Source: Saprospiraceae bacterium (GTDB taxonomy: Bacteria; Bacteroidota; Bacteroidia; Chitinophagales; Saprospiraceae). From it: DNA of 64,000 bases. Below the pieces are notes generated by a model, which was not told the DNA's origin, did not search any database, and was given only the letters and a program-made list of their open reading frames with translations. The translations under genes and the position numbers were made by a program. Positions within the stretch are counted from its first letter, which is position 1. Each line of letters starts with the position of its first letter. The stretch covers positions 72,706 to 136,705 of the forward strand of contig JAHDFP010000011.1 in NCBI GenBank assembly GCA_020628095.1. Reading direction: 5' to 3'. Below are positions 45,760-55,291 of the stretch, piece after piece.

Positions 45760-48700
45760 ATGGCAATTAATCGAAATTTTTGGAAGGGCATTATTTTGCT
45801 CGGTGTTATAACATTTTGTAATAATGCGTATTGTGAGGGTAATTATTTGCCTGGCCCATTAGAGGAGCTATACTCCGATAATAGTTTTGTCTCTGATACC
45901 ATACCTCCACTCAGAGAGAGAGAAGGAAACTTTATCACTGATGAGACCTATAATCCATTCGATATATTTCCTAATAATATAGAGCAGACTGTAGAGTATG
46001 ATATGGATACGGATACCTATATCATCATAGAAAAGATCGGCGACGAATATTATCGCTCACCGACGTATCTCAGTTTTGACGAATACATGGAGTGGAGAGC
46101 CAAAAAGCAGGAGAGAGAATATTTTGATAAGATAAGTGGCGTCAGCACAGAGTATAAAAGCGGTACTGGTAAAATAGATCCACTATCAAGAATCAATCTG
46201 GACCAAAATCTAACAGACCGCTTATTCGGTGGTAATGAGATTACGATCGAGCCACAAGGTGGTATTGATCTCATTTTTGGACTCGATTATCAGCGTAACG
46301 AAAATCCCAACTTAGATCCAAGACAACAGACGCAAGGACCATTTTTGGACTTTGACATGGATATAAAAATGAATGTCGAAGGAAAGATTGGGGATAAGAT
46401 GGATTTGGGATTCAATTATGATACCAATGCAAGTTTTGACTTTGATAGAAAGATTAAGTTAGCCTACGATAGTGAGCAGTGGACAGAAGATGACATCATC
46501 AAGAAAATAGAGGCTGGTAATGTAAGTCTACCACTCAGAGGTAATCTGATACAAGGAGCACAGAGTCTATTTGGTCTTAAGACAGAATTATTGTTTGGTA
46601 ACCTGAGGATCACGGGTATCGCCTCACAACAAAAATCAAAACAAGAGACTGTCGCCATCCAAAATGGTTCTTCGACACAAGAGTTTGAGATAAGACCGCA
46701 GGAATATGACGAGTTTAGACACTTTTTTATCTCACACTATCACAGGGATAATTTCGAAGAGGCTCTATCAGGTTTGCCTAATATTAAAAGCAATTTCCGA
46801 GTCTCTAATCTGGAAGTATGGGTGTCAGATGACAATGGTCGTTATCAGCAAAATCAGACCATGGTCTGTGCGCTTTCTGATATGGGAGAACCAGATATAG
46901 ATAGGTTTAATAATCCTAATTCTTTATACGGATTACCTAATGTTATCGACCCTAATAATATAGACCGCAATGGAGATCATCTACCTGTCAATGAGGCTAA
47001 TACCTTATTCGAAACAGTAACTAATGATATGTCTCTTACCACAAGTGATGGAGCGACTAGAGAATTAGGAAAAGAAACAAATTATAATTTGAGAAATGGG
47101 GTGGACTATGCTGTATTCCGAGGAAGAAAGTTGTCTCCTTCAGAATATACTTTCAATGAGGAATTAGGGTTTATTTCTCTTAATCTTAAGTTACAAGACA
47201 ATCAAAACCTAGCCATAGCCTACGAATATTTCTATACACTTAATTGCGAAGGCATATATAAGGTAGGTGTCACAACGGACGAAGGCGCTAGGTCTAATAC
47301 GGATAGTACAGGCACGCTGATTCCAGAAACGGTCATTTTTACCAAGCTATTAAGGGGTCAGAAAAATAGTATCAGCGATCCTTCATGGGATTTGATGATG
47401 AAGAATGTTTACCCGCTTCGTACATCTGGTCTTGATCCTGAGAATTTCGAGTTTGATATTTTTTATGAGAATGACAGAGACGGATCTCTGAGAAAGGTGC
47501 TCTCATTGGACTTGGCAGAGTCTTTAGGGGCAGATATTAGTGCCATAGACGCTTCGGTAATTAATCGAGTACGACGTACACCTTTGCTTAATCTATTTGG
47601 TCTTGATAAGCTCAACTCTCGATTGGACCCTCAGCCTGATGGTGTTTTTGATTTCGTACCAGGCGTTACGGTTATAACGCAGAGCAGTAGTATTGTTTTT
47701 CCTGTGTTAGAGCCTTTCGGCGAATCTCTTGACTCCTTATTGGGCAGTGAAGAACTCGCGCAATATTATGCATTCCCAGAATTATATGATACCTCATTAG
47801 TCATAGCAGAGCAAAGTGGTATTGTCAAGAACAAATTCGTCATGGTCGGAAAGTCCGAATCCAGTGTCGCTTCTGAGTATTCTTTAGGTGCTTGGAATAT
47901 TCCACAAGGATCAGTAAGAGTGACGGCGGGAAGTAGACAATTAGTAGAAGGGGCAGATTATGAAGTAGATTATTCTATAGGTCGTGTCAGAATACTTAAT
48001 GAATCACTACTCCAGCAGGGTATCCCTATCAATATTTCCTTTGAGGATAACTCGGTATTCAGTCTACAACAGAAAACCATGCTCGGTTTACGCGCCGAAT
48101 ATGAGGTCAACGAAAATTTCTATCTCGGAGCAACATACTTGAGACTATTTGAGAGACCATTTACACAAAAGGTTAATATCTACGATGACCCTATTAATAA
48201 TAGGGTACTAGGATTTGATATGGATTTCAGTACGGAGTCCATGTGGATAACTAATGTATTAGACAAACTTCCTTTTTACGAAACCAATACCCCATCTAAT
48301 GTAAACTTCTCCGCAGAGGTCGCTGCGCTCAAACCAGGACATTCGCGTGCGATTAATTCGGCAGATGAGAAAGGGGGTATCATCCATATAGATGATTTTG
48401 AGGGAGCCGTAACTGGATTTCCTCTGAGCAGTCAGGCTAACAATGTGTGGAGCTTGGCCAGTGTGCCGAGGTACGATAGTATTAACTTGGATAGACTTCA
48501 AGATTTTCCAGAAGGTAGATTGGATTCCAGTCTGATATCAGGTATGAATCGTGCCAAATTAGCTTGGTATGTTTTTGATCAGAGTATCGTATTAAGCTCC
48601 GATAATTCTAACTCCTATGTACGCTATGTGGATCAGGAAGACCTATTCGATAGGCAGGTGCCGCAGGGGATACTGGGAAATCTACAGACCTTTGATCTGA

Positions 48701-51700
48701 CTTATTTTCCTGACGAAAGAGGACCATATAATTTTGATCCACCTAATGGGGTCGAGATTCCTCAATCTGGTCAGAGCACGGCTGGTTCGAGATTTGACGA
48801 ACAAAGAAACATGGTGGTCCTTAATGAGCCAGAAACGCGTTGGGCGGGAATCATGCGATATCTCCCTAATAACGATTTTCAGTCAGCCAATTATGAGTTC
48901 ATTGAGTTTTGGATGCTTAACCCATTCTTGGAAAAACCAGATGGACAAAGACATGGTTTGGATGAAGAAGGTTACTTAACCATTCATCTTGGTAATGTCT
49001 CAGAAGACATACTTAATGATGGTGGACAATTTTATGAAAACTCTCTTAGGAATGATGAGAGTTCTGACGAGATTCTTAAGAATACTGTCTGGGGTAAAGT
49101 ACCTATACTGACGCCTAATAACAATGGATTTAATAGAGAGGATCAGGTGACTCAGGACTTAGGTCTAGATGGTCTCACTGATGGAGAAGAAACAGAGAAA
49201 TTTGCAGATTACCTTAATGCTTTTCAAGGACAGCCTAATGCCCTGTGGAGTGATCCAGCAGGAGATAATTTTGTGTCATTTAATAACCTGGAAGAGAACG
49301 AAGGGGGATATTCTGAGGATGATGATCCGCTTAGAAGGTATTCTAAGTTCAATAACCCACAGGGGAATTCGCCTAATTTCAATGCGAGCAATCAAGTAAA
49401 TCCGACAAACCCAGCTCTGCAAAATCAAAGAATTAATAGAAGGGGTCAGCCGCAGCCCGATCAAGAAGATTTTAATAATAATAGAACACTGGATAGTGAC
49501 GAGAGCTTTTTTGAGTACAGAATCAAACTGGCCAATGATGCGGGCGAAATAGACGAACGTAATAATCCGTACATCAGAGATATAAGGACTATCAGTAATG
49601 AAAGAGCGGGTAATGAAGAAAAATGGTATCGTTTCCGTATACCTCTAGAGGATGGTATTCCTATCAATAAAATAACAGATTTCAGATCTATACAATTCAT
49701 GAGAATTTTGGTTAACGGATTTGAAACTCAAAAAACTTTCAGATTAGCGGAACTAGAGCTAATCAGAAGTCAGTGGAGAAGGAAAGCAGAGGTATGCGAC
49801 AGACCAGTCGATGGTACGGGCAAACTGGTAGACTTTACTTTGGATGCTGTAGGCTTCGAAGAAAATAATAGTAAGTTGCCATTTAATTATGTGCTGCCAA
49901 AAGGTATTCAGCGAGAAAGACTATTCAATACTTTCTCCAATGTACTGCAGGATGAGCGATCACTTGCTTTAAAGTACTGCGATTTTCCGAGCAGTTGTTA
50001 TGACGTGTCAGCCGTCAAGCTCAATAATCTGGATTTCAGGCAATACGAAAATTTCCAAATGTTCGTCCACGCCGAAGAGAGTGACGGGATACAGGAGGAT
50101 GGCGACATGGCCGTCTTTATAAGAATGGGAAAGGATGACTCTTTACATTATTACGAGTACGAGATTCCACTTACACTTTCTGATACCAGTAAGTTAGGTG
50201 TGGGGGGTTTTGATAAGATAGATATTATATGGCCTGAGGCTAACAAATTTGATTTTCCATTAGATTATTTCATCCAAGCCAAGAAATTAAGGAATGTATC
50301 GGAAGCAGAAGTTCTGGATAGATTTACTATCAATAAAAACAGAATAAGAGATCTTAATCTGAGTACTCTGGCGAGTACTTATTCCAGTATAGATTTGAGC
50401 CAATTAGATAGTCTGCCTGAGGGTCATTCTCTTACTATCAAGGGTAACCCTAATCTCGGCAAGATTAAAATCTTACAAATAGGTATAAGACGAAAAGACA
50501 AAGAAAAAGACAATTTCTGCGGAGAAGTCTGGGTCAACGAAATGAGACTCACAGGTCTCAAAGAAAGAATTGGTTACGCTGGTATGGCAAGATTAGATGT
50601 TCAGTTAGCGGACCTAGGTAGCATTACAGCGGCAGGTAGTTATTCTAGTATAGGATGGGGTGCTCTCGATGATCGAATACATGATAGATCACTGGAGGCT
50701 ATTACAGAATACGATTTTTCTACTAGCTTGGAGTTAGGTAATTTCTTTCCTTCTAACTGGGGACTACGTGTTCCATTTTATGCGCAATATGGCAAGTCGA
50801 TACGTAATCCGGAGTTTGACGCCTTTGATTTTGATATCAAGGTAGAGGACGAATTTGACCTAAATAGTCAAGGTGTAGGACCAACTGATGAAGAAATAAA
50901 GGATAGGAATCCTACGGTAACAACTATCAAAACCTTCAATCTGACCAATGTCAGAAAGGAGAGAGTAACTAAAACAAATACTAATAAATCACTACCTCCA
51001 CCATCCAATAAAGGGGATATCAACAAGGCCGTAGTTAAACCAAAAGAGGCCAAGAAGCAGAAAAAGCCTATGCCTTGGGATATAGAAAATTTCAGTGCGA
51101 GCTATGCTTTTACGGAGATGGAGTATAGAGATCCTATCGTAGAATACGAAAGGACCAAAGATTACAAACTAGGCGTCGATTATATATTCTCTCGCAGAGG
51201 CGGGTATATAGAACCGTTCAAAAAAATAAAATCTAAACATCTCAAGATCATAAAGGAGATTAATTTTAATCCACTTCCTAACTCGTTTACGTTTAGCTCT
51301 ACGATTAACAGATATAAATCTGAGAGAAAATTCAGATTACCAAAAGAAATTCCTTTGGTGTTCAACGACCAAAGATATACATGGGATCGTACTTACGATG
51401 TTGGTTGGAATCTGACCAAGGCATTAAAAGTAAATTTCTCCGCGTTTAACGAATCTTACATAGATGAATTGCGACAAGTTGGTATCGCAGATACTCCTGA
51501 CGAAAGAGATTTGGTAGATCAGTTTGGTAGAAAGAGCAACGCGGCAGGTCAAAGCTATAGCGATCTGGCGCAGCAAGACGCCAATTTTCTGGATAATTAT
51601 AGAAGAGAAAATTTGAGAGGTCTTGGACGTAATACGAATTATGACCATCAGCTATCCATTAACTATAACTTACCTATTAAGTTATTGCCTTATATGGATT

Positions 51701-53496
51701 GGGTGGATGTCAAGGCACAATACCGTTCTAGTTACAACTGGTCTGCAGGACCATTAGTGACGATAGATGACGATGGTACTTTACTAGGCGCAATTATCCA
51801 GAATAGTCAGAATAGATCATTGACCGCTAATTTCAACCTAGAAAAACTCTATAACAAATCTAAGTATATCAAGGGTCTGGATAGGATAGGGACATCAAGA
51901 ACTAAAAGAACTCGTAATAGCCTCGGCAAAGAAGACGAAACAAAAGTAGATAAAGCACAGACCAAGCCAGCAAGAAAAAAGAAGGCCAAAGAACCAAGTA
52001 AAATGGCAAAACTTCTTCTTAGACCATTATTTATGGTAAGGTCAATAAGGTTCAATTATAAAGAAGATTTTAGAACTATTGTACCAGGCTTTACGGAGAC
52101 GCCACGATATTTTGGATTGTCAAGAGGATTTGAAGCCCCAGGAACAGGTTTCGTATTAGGTTTGCAACCAGACCTAGCATTTGGTAATCGTGATAACTGG
52201 CTATATCAGGCGGCTGAAAAAGACTGGATAAGTAAAAGTACAGCCCTCAACCAGCAGGTAGTACAAATCAAGAATCAAAATCTAGAGGCTAAAATAAAAA
52301 TAGAGCCTTGGAGAGATTTCAAAATTGATATAGACTTCAAGAAGAACTATTCTTTTAATCATCAGGAAGAATTTAAGACAAAGACGCAAGGAGAAAATGA
52401 CTTTCAGCAGTTGGCAGCGAGAGATGTTGGTTCATTTGAGTTGACATATTTCAGTACGCAAACTTTGTTTGGATATAATTCGGAAGATGAGTTACAAGCT
52501 TTGTTCCAAACCTTTGAGAGTTATAGGAGTATCATATCTAATCGATTAGCTAATGATCCTGATAACGGCACGCATAGTCAAGATGGGAGCCAATATGCCT
52601 ATGGTTATGGAAAGTTAAGCTCTCAGGTCATTATACCGGCATTTTTGGCCGCTTATACTAATAAAGACCCCGAGACCATCAGTACTGATCTGGAAGCCGA
52701 CGTCAGCAGTCTCAGTTATATTCCTCGACCTAACTGGTCACTGAGATATGATGGATTGTCCAAGTTGCCTTGGTTCAAAGAGAAGTTCTCTAGTGTCTCT
52801 ATTAAGCATGGTTACTCTAACATATTGAGAGTTAATAGTTTTATGAATGATGTACAATATGATCGTACTAACCCATTCGCTGAGACGAAGCTCAATGGAA
52901 ACTATTATTCTCGTATAGAGATACCAGCTATACAAATCTCGGAGCAATTCAGACCGGTAATAGGTGTGAGTATAAAGACAAGAAGTGATCTGACCTTAGA
53001 CTTCGAGTATAATAAAACAAGAAATTTAGATCTTTCTATAAATACGGCAAAGGAGCTCAATGAGCAACGTACCACGGAATTCGTTTTTGGATTTGGATAT
53101 ACTATCAAAAACTCCAGTTTCTTAAAAAAGAAAAAACGAAAAAGAAGAAGATCCCGAGCTACTAATCCTGATGATCAGAATAATACAGCCAATAATACAG
53201 GTCGACGACAACGCGGAAATGTAACTACGACAAGAGGCAGTGATATTACCATATCTCTCGACTTCGGTATAGCGGATGACATCAGCTACGTACATGATCT
53301 TGACTTCAATGCGGATCCTGAACAAACAAGAGGTGCTAAGACAATTTTCTTTAGTCCAGCTTGTGAGTATATGGTCAATGATAACCTTAAGGTGACGGCG
53401 TTTTTTGATTATAATTCGACAGAGCCGTATCTCAATACCGCTTTTAAGACGACCACGATACAGGGAGGTATTAGAATGGGTATTATACTGAATTAA
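45760..53496 (+). CDS. sprA: T9SS outer-membrane translocon SprA/Sov
   Basis: The ORF is open from GTG 45688 (2602 aa). ATG 45760 gives a plausible signal peptide (MAINRNFWKGIILLGVITFCNNAYC). Its size, beta-rich composition and conserved-looking blocks (e.g. LGLRAEYEVNENFYLGATYLRLFERP) fit SprA. Confidence 0.9.
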   Translation: MAINRNFWKGIILLGVITFCNNAYCEGNYLPGPLEELYSDNSFVSDTIPPLREREGNFITDETYNPFDIFPNNIEQTVEYDMDTDTYIIIEKIGDEYYRSPTYLSFDEYMEWRAKKQEREYFDKISGVSTEYKSGTGKIDPLSRINLDQNLTDRLFGGNEITIEPQGGIDLIFGLDYQRNENPNLDPRQQTQGPFLDFDMDIKMNVEGKIGDKMDLGFNYDTNASFDFDRKIKLAYDSEQWTEDDIIKKIEAGNVSLPLRGNLIQGAQSLFGLKTELLFGNLRITGIASQQKSKQETVAIQNGSSTQEFEIRPQEYDEFRHFFISHYHRDNFEEALSGLPNIKSNFRVSNLEVWVSDDNGRYQQNQTMVCALSDMGEPDIDRFNNPNSLYGLPNVIDPNNIDRNGDHLPVNEANTLFETVTNDMSLTTSDGATRELGKETNYNLRNGVDYAVFRGRKLSPSEYTFNEELGFISLNLKLQDNQNLAIAYEYFYTLNCEGIYKVGVTTDEGARSNTDSTGTLIPETVIFTKLLRGQKNSISDPSWDLMMKNVYPLRTSGLDPENFEFDIFYENDRDGSLRKVLSLDLAESLGADISAIDASVINRVRRTPLLNLFGLDKLNSRLDPQPDGVFDFVPGVTVITQSSSIVFPVLEPFGESLDSLLGSEELAQYYAFPELYDTSLVIAEQSGIVKNKFVMVGKSESSVASEYSLGAWNIPQGSVRVTAGSRQLVEGADYEVDYSIGRVRILNESLLQQGIPINISFEDNSVFSLQQKTMLGLRAEYEVNENFYLGATYLRLFERPFTQKVNIYDDPINNRVLGFDMDFSTESMWITNVLDKLPFYETNTPSNVNFSAEVAALKPGHSRAINSADEKGGIIHIDDFEGAVTGFPLSSQANNVWSLASVPRYDSINLDRLQDFPEGRLDSSLISGMNRAKLAWYVFDQSIVLSSDNSNSYVRYVDQEDLFDRQVPQGILGNLQTFDLTYFPDERGPYNFDPPNGVEIPQSGQSTAGSRFDEQRNMVVLNEPETRWAGIMRYLPNNDFQSANYEFIEFWMLNPFLEKPDGQRHGLDEEGYLTIHLGNVSEDILNDGGQFYENSLRNDESSDEILKNTVWGKVPILTPNNNGFNREDQVTQDLGLDGLTDGEETEKFADYLNAFQGQPNALWSDPAGDNFVSFNNLEENEGGYSEDDDPLRRYSKFNNPQGNSPNFNASNQVNPTNPALQNQRINRRGQPQPDQEDFNNNRTLDSDESFFEYRIKLANDAGEIDERNNPYIRDIRTISNERAGNEEKWYRFRIPLEDGIPINKITDFRSIQFMRILVNGFETQKTFRLAELELIRSQWRRKAEVCDRPVDGTGKLVDFTLDAVGFEENNSKLPFNYVLPKGIQRERLFNTFSNVLQDERSLALKYCDFPSSCYDVSAVKLNNLDFRQYENFQMFVHAEESDGIQEDGDMAVFIRMGKDDSLHYYEYEIPLTLSDTSKLGVGGFDKIDIIWPEANKFDFPLDYFIQAKKLRNVSEAEVLDRFTINKNRIRDLNLSTLASTYSSIDLSQLDSLPEGHSLTIKGNPNLGKIKILQIGIRRKDKEKDNFCGEVWVNEMRLTGLKERIGYAGMARLDVQLADLGSITAAGSYSSIGWGALDDRIHDRSLEAITEYDFSTSLELGNFFPSNWGLRVPFYAQYGKSIRNPEFDAFDFDIKVEDEFDLNSQGVGPTDEEIKDRNPTVTTIKTFNLTNVRKERVTKTNTNKSLPPPSNKGDINKAVVKPKEAKKQKKPMPWDIENFSASYAFTEMEYRDPIVEYERTKDYKLGVDYIFSRRGGYIEPFKKIKSKHLKIIKEINFNPLPNSFTFSSTINRYKSERKFRLPKEIPLVFNDQRYTWDRTYDVGWNLTKALKVNFSAFNESYIDELRQVGIADTPDERDLVDQFGRKSNAAGQSYSDLAQQDANFLDNYRRENLRGLGRNTNYDHQLSINYNLPIKLLPYMDWVDVKAQYRSSYNWSAGPLVTIDDDGTLLGAIIQNSQNRSLTANFNLEKLYNKSKYIKGLDRIGTSRTKRTRNSLGKEDETKVDKAQTKPARKKKAKEPSKMAKLLLRPLFMVRSIRFNYKEDFRTIVPGFTETPRYFGLSRGFEAPGTGFVLGLQPDLAFGNRDNWLYQAAEKDWISKSTALNQQVVQIKNQNLEAKIKIEPWRDFKIDIDFKKNYSFNHQEEFKTKTQGENDFQQLAARDVGSFELTYFSTQTLFGYNSEDELQALFQTFESYRSIISNRLANDPDNGTHSQDGSQYAYGYGKLSSQVIIPAFLAAYTNKDPETISTDLEADVSSLSYIPRPNWSLRYDGLSKLPWFKEKFSSVSIKHGYSNILRVNSFMNDVQYDRTNPFAETKLNGNYYSRIEIPAIQISEQFRPVIGVSIKTRSDLTLDFEYNKTRNLDLSINTAKELNEQRTTEFVFGFGYTIKNSSFLKKKKRKRRRSRATNPDDQNNTANNTGRRQRGNVTTTRGSDITISLDFGIADDISYVHDLDFNADPEQTRGAKTIFFSPACEYMVNDNLKVTAFFDYNSTEPYLNTAFKTTTIQGGIRMGIILN

Positions 53497-53586
53497 GAAA
53501 AATCAAAATTGACCTCGATCTAATTGTTTTTAAAAGGACAATTTTAGAGAACAATTTCGCTTATGTTAGTACTATAATTATTTGTA

Positions 53587-54639
53587 ATGAGCGAAATACA
53601 TAAGCAGGTACAGGATTACTATGGTCAGAGGCTTAAGACGTCAGATGATCTACAGACTAATGCCTGTTGTACCCTAGAGTCCCCATCTAAAAATATTAGA
53701 GAGGCGTTATCTCTGATTCACGACGAAGTACAAAGCAAGTATTATGGCTGTGGGCTATGCATACCCAATGAGCTTGTGGGTCTCAAAGTCCTAGATCTGG
53801 GATCAGGCAGTGGCAGAGATTGCTATATCTTATCTAAGCTTGTAGGTCAGGAAGGCCAGGTCGTCGGTGTGGATATGACGCAAGAACAATTAGACATCGC
53901 TAATAAGTATATTGATCACCATACAGAACAATTTGGTTATAAATACGCTAATGTCAAATTCCTCAAGGGAAATATAGAGTCGCTGAGCGACTTGGCATTA
54001 GAGCCTAATTCATTCGATCTTATAGTCTCTAATTGTGTAATCAATCTGGCGGCTGATAAGCGAAAAGTATTCTCTGATGCTTACCAATTACTAAAGCCAG
54101 GAGGTGAGATTTACTTCAGTGATGTATATGCTGATAGGCGTATACCACAATCTCTGAGAAAAGACCCCGTCTTATGGGGAGAGTGTCTCAGTGGTGCCCT
54201 CTATTGGAACGACTTCCTCAATATTGCGAAGGATTGTGGATTTACCGATCCTAGGGTGATGAAAAGCTCAGCGATTACTATAGAAAATGAAGATGTCCAG
54301 AATAAAGTCGGTGATATCCAATTCTTTTCTGTCACCTATCGCTTGTTCAAGCTTGATAATCTAGAATCAGATTGCGAAGATTATGGTCAGGCGGTTAAGT
54401 ATTTAGGAACTATAGAGGGGCAGGAAGCCAGTTTTGACCTGGATGATCATCATAACTTTCCTGCTGGTAAAATGGCTCCAGTATGTGGTAACACCTATAT
54501 GATGTTGTATGATACGAGATTCAAAGGTCACTTTGAGTTTTATGGAAACTTTGATACACATTACGGCATATATGAGGGCTGTGGTGGTAATATGCCATTC
54601 AATTCGGAAGAGGGTAGTAACGGAGAATCTTGCTGCTAA
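53587..54639 (+). CDS. arsM: Arsenite S-adenosylmethionine methyltransferase (ArsM/AS3MT type)
   Basis: 350 aa with VQDYYG..LKTS.DLQTNACC, YYGCG, the SAM motif VLDLGSGSGRDCY, SNCVINL, WGECL and a C-terminal CC. All four conserved ArsM cysteine positions appear to be present. Confidence 0.82.
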   Translation: MSEIHKQVQDYYGQRLKTSDDLQTNACCTLESPSKNIREALSLIHDEVQSKYYGCGLCIPNELVGLKVLDLGSGSGRDCYILSKLVGQEGQVVGVDMTQEQLDIANKYIDHHTEQFGYKYANVKFLKGNIESLSDLALEPNSFDLIVSNCVINLAADKRKVFSDAYQLLKPGGEIYFSDVYADRRIPQSLRKDPVLWGECLSGALYWNDFLNIAKDCGFTDPRVMKSSAITIENEDVQNKVGDIQFFSVTYRLFKLDNLESDCEDYGQAVKYLGTIEGQEASFDLDDHHNFPAGKMAPVCGNTYMMLYDTRFKGHFEFYGNFDTHYGIYEGCGGNMPFNSEEGSNGESCC

Positions 54640-54696
54640 AGAATATTAATTTGCCATTGTCCAAAAACTTGAGAAATTTACATCTCAATCTTGTAA

Positions 54697-55233
54697 ATGA
54701 TTCTGACGGACAAAGAGATACTCAAGTGTATAGACAAAGGTGAAATAATAATAGAACCTTTTGACCCACAACAATTAGGTACTAATTCTTATGACGTTAG
54801 ATTAGGGAGATATCTGGCTGTATATGATGATGAAGTACTAGATGCGAAGAAGCACAACACCATAACGGAGATAGAAATTCCTGATGATGGATATGTTATA
54901 CAGCCAGGAACGCTATACTTAGGTGTTACCGAAGAATATACAGAGACGCATACAACGGTTCCTTTTTTAGAGGGTAAGTCGAGCGTGGGAAGACTCGGAA
55001 TAGATATACATGCTACCGCAGGTAAGGGAGATGTTGGCTTTTGTAATACCTGGACTCTCGAAATATCTTGTGTCCATCCTGTAAGAATCTATGCCGGAAT
55101 GCCAATAGGGCAGTTGATATATTTCAAAGTAGAAGGCGAGATAGAAAATTATTACAATAAGAAAAGCAACGCCAAGTATAACCAAAGAACAATCAAACCT
55201 GTAGAAAGTATGATGTGGAAGAATACCTTTTAA
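54697..55233 (+). CDS. dcd: dCTP deaminase
   Basis: 178 aa. It has MILTDKEI, NSYDVRLG and GKSSVGRLGI, with a homotrimeric dUTPase-like fold pattern. Confidence 0.9.
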   Translation: MILTDKEILKCIDKGEIIIEPFDPQQLGTNSYDVRLGRYLAVYDDEVLDAKKHNTITEIEIPDDGYVIQPGTLYLGVTEEYTETHTTVPFLEGKSSVGRLGIDIHATAGKGDVGFCNTWTLEISCVHPVRIYAGMPIGQLIYFKVEGEIENYYNKKSNAKYNQRTIKPVESMMWKNTF

Positions 55234-55291
55234 AGAATAGAATTACGAAGTGCTGAATAGTCTTTTGTAATTTCAACCTAAATCAGATCAT

